Positions 56,159 through 64,000 of a DNA stretch of 64,000 nucleotides are shown piece by piece. Source of the DNA: Candidatus Hydrogenedentota bacterium (GTDB lineage: Bacteria > Hydrogenedentota > Hydrogenedentia > Hydrogenedentales > SLHB01); contig JARKSN010000289.1 in assembly GCA_029974275.1 (NCBI GenBank), positions 30,928 to 94,927 on the forward strand. The letters run 5' to 3'. The translations under genes and the position numbers were made by a program. Each line of letters opens with the position of its first letter. The stretch's first letter is position 1. The notes beneath the pieces were generated by a model. The model made no database searches and was not told where the DNA came from. It saw only the letters and a program-made list of their open reading frames with translations.

Positions 56159-57358
56159 ATGAAACGGAGCGTTCTTGGCGGTTTGGCGTTGGCGGCGGTG
56201 TGGGGGCTGGGCGGATGCGGCGGTTCCATGGAGGCGCCGACATCGAAGGCTTCGCCGGCTCCGGCGGCCGCTTCGGCGAGTCAGGGGTCTGTTTCTTCCG
56301 AGACGCCGGTGGAAACGGGGCGTCCCGAGCGCGGATCGATATCGGCGTATTACGAGACGACCTCTCGGATCCAGGCGGAGACATTCGTGGATGTTGTGGC
56401 GAAGGGGGTTGGCCGATGCGTCAGCACGCATGTCGAGGAGGGGGATCGCGTGGCGGCGGGCGCTTTGCTTGCGGAGTTGGATAAGCAGGAGGCGCAGGCG
56501 GCTTTGGGCCAGGCGGAAGTGCAGGTGCGGCAGACGAAGTCGAAGTATGAGATTGCGCGGAAGAGCGTTGTCGAGGGGTTGATGGCCCCTGTTGAAGAGG
56601 AGAATGCCCGGTTTGCATACGAGCAGGCTTTGGCGGCGCGGGAAGTGCAAAGTGTTCAACTTGCGAATTTGACGGTGCGAGCGCCGATATCGGGAATTGT
56701 CACCAAGAAGAATATTCAGATTGGCATGTTGGTGTCCTCGGGCGCGCCGGCGTACACCATCGTCGATCCGGGCTCGTACCGGTTGGTGATCAATCCGCCC
56801 GAGAAACTGGCGCCGCGGCTTCGATTGAAGCAGGAGGCGCGGGTAAGCTTGGACGCGGTGCAAGGCGAGGATTTTTCAGCGATTGTGGAACGGATTAATC
56901 CGGCGGTGGATTCGGTCAGCGGCACGGTGAAGGTGACGTTGGGGTTTGATCGAGCGATGCTGGATCGGATCAAGGAAGGCGCTTTTGCCCGGGTGCGGCT
57001 TGTTTTGGAGACCAAGGAGAACGCGTTGCTTGTGCCTAGAGATGCGGTGGGCGAGGAAAATGCGCGCAAGTATGTGTTTCGGGTGCGGCCTGCGTCCGGG
57101 AGCGAGGGGGATCGTCTCGAGGCGGAGCGTGTGGATATTGCCGTCGGTCTTGAGGACAGCAATCGGGTCGAGGTGTTGTCGGGGGTGTCGGAAGAAGATT
57201 CCATTGTGGTGCTGGGGTTGGAGGCGCTGAAGCCTGGGACCCCGGTGAGGGTTACGGATTCGGCGCAGGAAATTGCACAGAGCAAACGCAAGGCGGATGA
57301 GGCGGCTTCCTCGATCGGAGAGGGCGCGCCTTCGTCTTCCGTGCGGGATGTGCACTGA
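56159..57358 (+). CDS. RND efflux periplasmic adaptor (MFP) lipoprotein
   Basis: Lipobox LGGC, VEEGDRV, VRAPISGIV, INPAVD..SGTVKV, ALLVPRDAV; start ATG 56159 with GGAGG upstream. Confidence 0.92.
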   Translation: MKRSVLGGLALAAVWGLGGCGGSMEAPTSKASPAPAAASASQGSVSSETPVETGRPERGSISAYYETTSRIQAETFVDVVAKGVGRCVSTHVEEGDRVAAGALLAELDKQEAQAALGQAEVQVRQTKSKYEIARKSVVEGLMAPVEEENARFAYEQALAAREVQSVQLANLTVRAPISGIVTKKNIQIGMLVSSGAPAYTIVDPGSYRLVINPPEKLAPRLRLKQEARVSLDAVQGEDFSAIVERINPAVDSVSGTVKVTLGFDRAMLDRIKEGAFARVRLVLETKENALLVPRDAVGEENARKYVFRVRPASGSEGDRLEAERVDIAVGLEDSNRVEVLSGVSEEDSIVVLGLEALKPGTPVRVTDSAQEIAQSKRKADEAASSIGEGAPSSSVRDVH

Positions 57359-57511
57359 TCATTTGTTTGACGGCAGGATTTCCCCGCGCGCGATGATGCA
57401 TTTGCCGTATCGTTCTTCATTGCGCCTTTCGGGCAGAGGCGGCGCGTTTTCACAAAGTCTGGCAATCTGGCAGGACGCAGGGCGTGAAAGGGCGCCAGCG
57501 ACAGGAAAGAC

Positions 57512-60500
57512 ATGTCTGCAACAACGATTCCGAAAATGAACGAGCCGAAAAGACGCCACCGTCTTGCCATTCGCCGTCCGGTGACCATCGTGATGGTGTT
57601 TGTCACGCTGGGCGTGTTTGGCTGGAAGTCGTATCAGCAATTGCCGGTCAATTTAATGCCGGACATATCGTATCCGACGTTGACGGTTCGCACGGAGTAC
57701 GGGGGGGCGGCTCCGGAAGACGTGGAGAAGCTGTTGACGCGTCCTCTTGAAGAGACGCTGAGCATTGTCGGCGGGATGGTGGAGATCAGCAGCATATCGT
57801 CGCCGGGCCTTTCGGAGATCGTGCTCGAATTTGACTGGGGCACGAACATGAACGTGGCGCAGCAGGATGTGCGGGATCGTCTGGACCTTTTTCAGTTGCC
57901 TCGCGAAATAACGGAGAAGCCGGTTATTTTGCGGTATGACCCGACGTTGGACCCGGTGATGCGCGTTGCAATCACGGGGAGGGATTTGTCGGCGATCGAG
58001 GATCCGTCCGAGCGGCAGCGCAAGAGCCTGGAGGACCTCACCTCGATCCGGGAGGCGGCCGAGCGCTACATCAAGAGCGATCTCGAGGCGGAGAAGGGCA
58101 TTGCCCAGGTGATGGTGAAGGGCGGGCGCGAGGAGGAAATTCAGGTTCTCGTGGACTCGGAGCGTCTGAAGAGTCTTGGCCTTTCGTTGTCGAACGTGGT
58201 GAACAGCCTGGCGCAGCAGAACATCAACCTGTCAGGAGGACGCCTAAAAGAGGGCAAGACCGAGTATATGGTGCGGACGTTGAACGAGTTCAGCACTGTC
58301 GAACAGATACGCCAGGCGATCATTGGCACGGTGGGCGGCGGAAGAGGGATCAACGTGGCGTTGGGCGTGACGGGTCCTGCGGGAGAGGGAGCGGCGCGCC
58401 AGGTGCGGCTGTGCGATGTGGCCTCGGTGGAATTGGGCCTGAAAGAACGCGATACGGTCGTTCGCATCAACGGGCAAGAGGCCGTGGAACTGGACGTGTA
58501 CAAGGAAGGCGATGCGAACACGGTTTCGACGTGCAACAAACTGAAGGACATTTTCGGTTTCGCGCGCAAGGAAACGGTCGCGGAGCGGTTCCAAAAGCGA
58601 TTGGATCGGGCGATCGAAAAATCCCGGGGCGGGCGTTCCGGCGGCGACGGAGATCGCGACCGAGACGATGTCGCCGAATTGACCGCGGCGTTTCGATCGC
58701 GTCTTCCTGATCATGCTCGCGTGGTGCTGGTGAACGATCAGTCTCGTTTTATCGTCGCCTCGATCGACGAGGTCAAGAATGCCGCGATTTACGGGGGCTT
58801 GTTGGCTTTGGCGGTGTTGTATTTTTTCTTGCGGGACATGAAGAGCACCATGCTTATCGGCGTGGCGATACCGATTTCCATCGTGGCGACTTTCATCCCG
58901 ATGTTCTTGGGCCACATCTCCTTGAACATCATGTCGCTGGGGGGGCTTGCGCTGGGAACGGGACGGCTGGTTGACGATAGCATCGTCGTATTGGAGAGCA
59001 TATTCCGCTGCAAGGAGGAGGGGGATGCCACGGCGGACGCCGCCGATCGAGGCACGCATGAGGTGGCGGCAGCCGTGACGTCGTCGACGCTGACGACGAT
59101 AGCCGTGTTTTTTCCGATTGCCTTTGTGGAAGGGGTTGCCGGTCAATTGTTCCGGGATCAGGCGATGACCGTGACGTTTTCCTTGTTGACGTCGTTGTTG
59201 GTCGCGCTGTTTCTGGTTCCCATGATCGCATCGCGGGGCGGTGCGCAGCGTTTCGATGTGCGCCGGGTGGTCTGGCTGCTTCGCGCCTATCGCGAGGGAA
59301 GAGAGCAGGAGGGGCGGACGCGGTGGCAGGCGTTGCGGGGCGTTCCGGCAAAGGGGCTTCGGTATTTTCGTGCGCGGGTTGTGGACGTGTTCCATGCGAA
59401 TTTTGCGTTGTTGTTTGCCGCTGTGGCGTCTTGGCGGGAGTCGAATGGAGGAGGTCTTGTCCGGTTTGGGCGCCTGTTTCCCTTGCTTTTGGCTCCGATT
59501 TTCGGGGTGTTGTTTGCGCTGCATTTGATACTTGCGGGTCTGGCGGGCGTGGCGAGCACGGTTCTGTTTGGCGTCGCGATGCTTGTCATGGGGGCGGCGC
59601 TGGGGATTGCGTGGTGTGGCCGCGTGATTCTGTGGGTCCCGTTGACGGCGTTCAGCGTGGGATTTGAGGCGTTTCGGGATGCTTATACGGCGGGGCTGCG
59701 AAAGTTGCTTCCGTTTGGCCCGGTGTTGCTGGTGATTGTGATGGCTCTTGCGGTGCAGGCGTTTTACGCAGGGGGCAAGCTGGGGCGCGAATTGATTCCT
59801 CCCATGAAGCAGGGCGAATTCGGCATTCGGCTTGCCGCGCCGCCGGGCGCCAATCTTGACGAGACGGAGCGCCGGGCGCGTGAAATCGAGGCGGTTGTGG
59901 CGCGCGTGCCCGAGGTGGAGATGTGCGCGGTGCAGGTGGGCCTTTCCGGTTCGAGCGGCACGGCGGGCCGCGGGGAGAACATCGCGGAATTCACCGTGAC
60001 GTTGAAGTCTCCCGAGATCAATGTGCGCCGTCAGGATGCGATCGTCGACGCGTTGCGCCGGGAAGCGGAGGCGGCGAGGGCGGGGGACTTGACGTTTACG
60101 CTGCCGGCTCTTTTCAGTTTCAAGACGGCGGTCGAGTTGCAGGTCCGGGGGGATGATCTCCGGAAGTTGGCGGAGGTCGGGCAAGCCGCTCTGGAGGTGG
60201 TGCGGGACGTGCCGGGGGTGAAGGACGCGGAGTTGAGCATGCGTCCGGGGCATCCGGAGGTGATTATCGAGTTGGACCGCGATCTATTGGCGGCGAAAGG
60301 CGTCGGTCCCGAGCAGGTGGCGCAACGGCTGCGCTCGGAAGTGCAGGGCGATGTGGCGACGCGTTTCAATCGGCGGGGCAACAAGGTGGATATCCGGGTG
60401 CGTTCCGACAAGGAGCGTTTGCAGCGACTGGATGATTTGCGACATCTGTCCGTGACGGATGGCTATCCGCCGCTGCCGCTGTCGGCGGTGGCGCATCTTG

Positions 60501-61186
60501 CCGTGGAAGAGGGGCCCAGCGAGATTCGGCGCATTGATCAGCGCCAGGTGGCCGTGATCAGCGCGAATGTGGAGGGGCGCGATCTGGGCGCGGTCTCGCG
60601 GGAGATCGAAGAGCGGGTTCGATCGGTGTCGAAGCCGGCCGATTTCGTTTTTGAGTTGGGGGGGCAGAACCGCGAGTTGGCGGTTTCGTACAACAGCCTC
60701 AAGCTGGCCCTGTTTTTGGCGATTTTTCTGGTTTACGTCGTGATGGCGTGTCAGTTCGAATCGCTATTGCATCCGGCGCTTATCATGTTCAGCATACCGC
60801 TGGCGTTCATCGGGGTGATCCATACGTTGCGGTGGGCGCATGTGGACGTGAGCATCATGGTGTATATCGGGGGGATCATTCTGGCGGGAATCGTGACGAA
60901 CAATGCGATTGTGTTGATTGACTACGTGAACAAATTGCGGGCGCGCGGCATGACCAAGGTGGACGCGGTGGTGTTGGCGGGCCGCGTGCGGCTTCGTCCG
61001 ATTTTGATGACGACGTTGACGACGGTGCTGGGGTTGATTCCGATGGTCGCCAGTCAGGGCGAAGGGGCGGAAATCCGCGGACCGTTGGCCATCACGATAA
61101 TCGCGGGCTTGTCTTCGGCGACGTTGCTCACGCTGGTGTTCATTCCCATTCTGTACAACATGTTCGGGGGACGCGACAAATCATGA
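57512..61186 (+). CDS. RND efflux permease (AcrB/AcrD/AcrF family) with insertions
   Basis: IRRPV, PDISYP, GRLVDDSIVVLE, QFES..HP, RLRPILMTTLTT; 1224 aa. Confidence 0.95.
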   Translation: MSATTIPKMNEPKRRHRLAIRRPVTIVMVFVTLGVFGWKSYQQLPVNLMPDISYPTLTVRTEYGGAAPEDVEKLLTRPLEETLSIVGGMVEISSISSPGLSEIVLEFDWGTNMNVAQQDVRDRLDLFQLPREITEKPVILRYDPTLDPVMRVAITGRDLSAIEDPSERQRKSLEDLTSIREAAERYIKSDLEAEKGIAQVMVKGGREEEIQVLVDSERLKSLGLSLSNVVNSLAQQNINLSGGRLKEGKTEYMVRTLNEFSTVEQIRQAIIGTVGGGRGINVALGVTGPAGEGAARQVRLCDVASVELGLKERDTVVRINGQEAVELDVYKEGDANTVSTCNKLKDIFGFARKETVAERFQKRLDRAIEKSRGGRSGGDGDRDRDDVAELTAAFRSRLPDHARVVLVNDQSRFIVASIDEVKNAAIYGGLLALAVLYFFLRDMKSTMLIGVAIPISIVATFIPMFLGHISLNIMSLGGLALGTGRLVDDSIVVLESIFRCKEEGDATADAADRGTHEVAAAVTSSTLTTIAVFFPIAFVEGVAGQLFRDQAMTVTFSLLTSLLVALFLVPMIASRGGAQRFDVRRVVWLLRAYREGREQEGRTRWQALRGVPAKGLRYFRARVVDVFHANFALLFAAVASWRESNGGGLVRFGRLFPLLLAPIFGVLFALHLILAGLAGVASTVLFGVAMLVMGAALGIAWCGRVILWVPLTAFSVGFEAFRDAYTAGLRKLLPFGPVLLVIVMALAVQAFYAGGKLGRELIPPMKQGEFGIRLAAPPGANLDETERRAREIEAVVARVPEVEMCAVQVGLSGSSGTAGRGENIAEFTVTLKSPEINVRRQDAIVDALRREAEAARAGDLTFTLPALFSFKTAVELQVRGDDLRKLAEVGQAALEVVRDVPGVKDAELSMRPGHPEVIIELDRDLLAAKGVGPEQVAQRLRSEVQGDVATRFNRRGNKVDIRVRSDKERLQRLDDLRHLSVTDGYPPLPLSAVAHLAVEEGPSEIRRIDQRQVAVISANVEGRDLGAVSREIEERVRSVSKPADFVFELGGQNRELAVSYNSLKLALFLAIFLVYVVMACQFESLLHPALIMFSIPLAFIGVIHTLRWAHVDVSIMVYIGGIILAGIVTNNAIVLIDYVNKLRARGMTKVDAVVLAGRVRLRPILMTTLTTVLGLIPMVASQGEGAEIRGPLAITIIAGLSSATLLTLVFIPILYNMFGGRDKS

Positions 61187-64000
61187 CGGGAAGGACGCTG
61201 CCCGAGATAGCGTTGCGTCTGCCGATCACGGTCGTCATGGTCACGATCACGGTGGTGGGGCTTGGCGCCATTGCGTGGCAGCGCATTCCGATAGAATTCA
61301 TTCCCAAAATGGATGTCCCTTTCATTGGATGCGTCATTCCGTATCCGGGCGCCACGCCGGAGCAGGTCGAGAACGAGGTGGCGATTCCGGCGGAGGGAGA
61401 GTTCAGGACCATACCGCATGTCCGCTCGATTTCGACGACTTCGAATAGCGAGGGATGCTATGTGCGTCTCAATTTCGATTGGGACACGAACATGGCCAAT
61501 GCGACGGCGGACGTTCGCGATCGCATCGAGCGTTTGAAGTTGTCGCTGCCTTCCGGGGTGGATCAGGTCATGTTGCGCCGTTTTAGCGCGGGTTCGTTGC
61601 CGGTTCTTGTTTTCTCCTTGTATCGCGAGGGCGATGACGAGGAGTTGGCGCATTTGGCGCGGACGGTGGTGCAGCCGCGATTGTTGCGCATTGACGGGGT
61701 GGCGGATGTGTCGACGTACGGCCGCCCCGAGCGGGAAGTGCAGATTGATTTTGATCAGGCTGCGCTTCGCAGTATGGGGTTGGCGCTCTATCAGGTGATA
61801 TCCGCGTTGCAGGCCAGCAGTCTGAACGTGCCGGTGGGAGATATAACCGAGGGGAAGACGAAGTATTACATCCGCGTGTCGGGCGAGTTTTCCAGCCCGG
61901 ACGACTTGCGCAGGCTTGTCATCGGCCCGAATGGCTTGCGTTTGGGCGATGTGGCCAAGGTCAGCTATGCGCCGCGCACGGACGACTATGATTTTTCCAT
62001 TGACGGGAAAGGCGGGGCGTTTTTGATCGTCCTCAAGGAGTCCGAGGCGAACACGATCGACGTGTGCCGGTCCGTGCATGCGGAACTGGAGAGGCTTCGG
62101 GGGGAGCCCGCGCTGGAAGGCGTGGACATGTTTGTCTTTCTCGATCAGTCCAAGATCATTCTTTCGGCCTTGGATGGGCTGATAGAGGCCGGCAAGCACG
62201 GCGCCGTGTTGGCCATTCTCGTGCTGCTCCTGTTTTTGCGCCGTTTCAGGACGACGTTGATCGTGGCGTTGGCCATTCCGACGTCGTTGGTGACGGCGAT
62301 CGTGTTCATGTATTTCGCCGGGATGACGCTGAATGTCGTGACGATGATCTCGCTCATGATCGGCGTCGGCAGTCTGGTGGATGACAGCATTGTCGTCATC
62401 GAAAACATCTACCGCCATCAGCAACTGGGGAAGAGTCCCGCGGAAAGCGCCAAGGTGGGGGCCTTCGAGGTCAGCATGGCGATCACGGCTTCCACGCTGA
62501 CCACGATTGTGGTGTTCATCCCCATTTTCTACATGCAAACCGGGGAAATGGCCACGTATATGCGCCAGTTCGCTGTGCCCATCACGGTGTCGCAATTGGC
62601 GAGTTTGGCGATCGCGATGACCCTGATCCCGCTGGCGGCGAGTCGGATGAAGCCGCTGCGTCCATTTGGAGCATACGCGTGGGGACGGCGCGCGCGCGCT
62701 GGTTTGGGACGGTTTGCGGGGCCGGCGGTTTCCGCAGGCGTGACGCACTTCCTCCGGGGGACGCCGCTCGTGCCGTTGAAACGCGCGTATGCGTCATTTT
62801 TGAGGGGGTGTATGCATTGGCGCATGGCGACGCTGTTGGTTATCGCCGGGTTTAGCGCTTTCACCTATCAGGTTGCGGGCAAGCACGTGAGCATGCAGCG
62901 CATGCCCACGGTGGACGCCCGCGAGGTGGATATCTCGGTTTCGTTTCAGCAGAACTTTGACATCGACATGGCCCGCGATCGCATGCGGGCGGTTTCGGCG
63001 TCTATCAACGAGGTGCGGGAGCGGTTGGGCATTCGCAGCGTGATTCTCGATCACGATCGGAGCAAGGGGAGAATCCGGATATATCTGATTCACCCGGAAG
63101 ACTTGGCGCCGGGCGAGAAGCTGCCTTGTTCGACGGAGGAGGCGATGACGTATTTGCGCGCGCGCATTCCCGCAGCGTTGCCGGGCGTGGAACTGCAATT
63201 TCAGGTTGCGGAGACGAGCGAGAGTTCGACGCGCATGGTGTCGGTCAACTTGCGCGGAGATGACAGCGGTCTTTTGAGCGGCTATGCGCAGCGTTTCAAG
63301 AAGCAAATGGAGGCCCTTCCCGGCATTAGCAATGTGACGACGGACATCGATCGCGCGAAGGAAGAAATGCGCATCAAGGTGGACGATCTGCTGGCGGTCG
63401 AGGCGGGGGTGACGCCGATGCTTATTGCGCAGACGGTGGATTTCGCTTTGCGCGGCATTCGTCTGCCCGATCTCAAACAAGGGGGGAGAGAGATTCCGGT
63501 GTGGGCGCAGTTCCGGGAGGAGGATAGGAAGACGACGGCCAATCTCGATAATGTCGCGGTTCTTTCGTCGAGCGGGATGCTGGTTTCGTTGAAACAGTTG
63601 GTGACGTTTGATCGGGCGCAAAGTTCGCAGGCGTTGCGCCGGGAGAACGGAAAAAATGTGGTGACCATTACGGCGCGGATGGGACAGAGCGATATGCGTT
63701 CGGTGGAAAAATCCCTTCTGGAGCTGACGGAGTCGTTTGTGGTCCCGCGTGGGTATTCCGTGGAGTTGGGATCGGAATTCACCGAGTTGCGGACGAATGT
63801 CAGCAATTTCACGATGGCCTTGTGGCTGGCTATCATCTTGATTTACATCGTGATGGGGGCGCTGTTTGAGTCGTTTTTCTTGCCGCTTTCGATTTTGACG
63901 AGTGTTCCATTGGCCTTGTTGGGGGTGGTATGGGCCATGTTTCTTACCGGAACGCCGATGGACACCATCGGGTTTATTGGCGTGATTTTGCTTACGGGGA
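61183..64000 (+). CDS. Second RND efflux permease (partial, runs off the window end)
   Basis: ATG 61183 overlaps the upstream stop (ATGA). Read directly: MTGRTLPEIALRLPITV.., YPGATPEQVE, GSLVDDSIVVIEN, MGALFES..LPLSIL. Absent from the ORF track, presumably because it has no stop in the window. Confidence 0.92.
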   Translation, partial: MTGRTLPEIALRLPITVVMVTITVVGLGAIAWQRIPIEFIPKMDVPFIGCVIPYPGATPEQVENEVAIPAEGEFRTIPHVRSISTTSNSEGCYVRLNFDWDTNMANATADVRDRIERLKLSLPSGVDQVMLRRFSAGSLPVLVFSLYREGDDEELAHLARTVVQPRLLRIDGVADVSTYGRPEREVQIDFDQAALRSMGLALYQVISALQASSLNVPVGDITEGKTKYYIRVSGEFSSPDDLRRLVIGPNGLRLGDVAKVSYAPRTDDYDFSIDGKGGAFLIVLKESEANTIDVCRSVHAELERLRGEPALEGVDMFVFLDQSKIILSALDGLIEAGKHGAVLAILVLLLFLRRFRTTLIVALAIPTSLVTAIVFMYFAGMTLNVVTMISLMIGVGSLVDDSIVVIENIYRHQQLGKSPAESAKVGAFEVSMAITASTLTTIVVFIPIFYMQTGEMATYMRQFAVPITVSQLASLAIAMTLIPLAASRMKPLRPFGAYAWGRRARAGLGRFAGPAVSAGVTHFLRGTPLVPLKRAYASFLRGCMHWRMATLLVIAGFSAFTYQVAGKHVSMQRMPTVDAREVDISVSFQQNFDIDMARDRMRAVSASINEVRERLGIRSVILDHDRSKGRIRIYLIHPEDLAPGEKLPCSTEEAMTYLRARIPAALPGVELQFQVAETSESSTRMVSVNLRGDDSGLLSGYAQRFKKQMEALPGISNVTTDIDRAKEEMRIKVDDLLAVEAGVTPMLIAQTVDFALRGIRLPDLKQGGREIPVWAQFREEDRKTTANLDNVAVLSSSGMLVSLKQLVTFDRAQSSQALRRENGKNVVTITARMGQSDMRSVEKSLLELTESFVVPRGYSVELGSEFTELRTNVSNFTMALWLAIILIYIVMGALFESFFLPLSILTSVPLALLGVVWAMFLTGTPMDTIGFIGVILLTG

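Noticed and set aside
58244..62748. Long minus-strand ORFs (669 aa and 564 aa)
   Set aside because: Antisense shadows of the RND permeases, as expected in GC-rich DNA.
1..64000. CRISPR arrays, tRNA/rRNA genes, IS elements, integrases, prophage, alternative genetic code
   Set aside because: No spaced direct repeats, cloverleafs, or transposase or phage motifs seen. Housekeeping genes translate full-length with the standard code and TGA is used as a stop.

Overview
GC-rich, gene-dense bacterial chromosomal segment with about 49 CDSs. I found no rRNA, tRNA, CRISPR array or mobile element. The DUF4838, EF-hand/dockerin, cohesin and PKD lipoprotein content suggests a Candidatus Hydrogenedentes-like organism (inference only). 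Housekeeping genes: dacA, rpe, rsmB, fmt, ybaB, purD, HU/IHF, tsaB, rimI, coaE, ispG, leuA. Accessory modules: (1) a tightly coupled carotenoid-glycoside operon (crtB, two crtI-family desaturases, GT2, cruF) containing an alpha/beta hydrolase with a Cys nucleophile where an acyltransferase might be expected; (2) an overlapping operon of a phosphodiesterase, a GT2 and a Pol-beta-type nucleotidyltransferase, behind a degenerate GH42-like gene; (3) a secreted 16-EF-hand protein with a dockerin and, 19 kb away, a membrane-anchored cohesin protein; (4) a MoxR, Ser/Thr kinase, TPR-LysM-L,D-transpeptidase and PP2C cluster, plus a kinase-less PASTA protein at the position where prkC normally lies; (5) a complete bshA/bshB1/bshC operon led by a coupled SAM methyltransferase (possible N-methyl-bacillithiol pathway); (6) an RND system with two permeases, running off the right edge. 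Several enzyme homologues (GH42-like, GGDEF, PurH N-terminal domain, GH116, PqaA) appear to lack catalytic residues. All calls come from reading motifs by eye; no searches were run.
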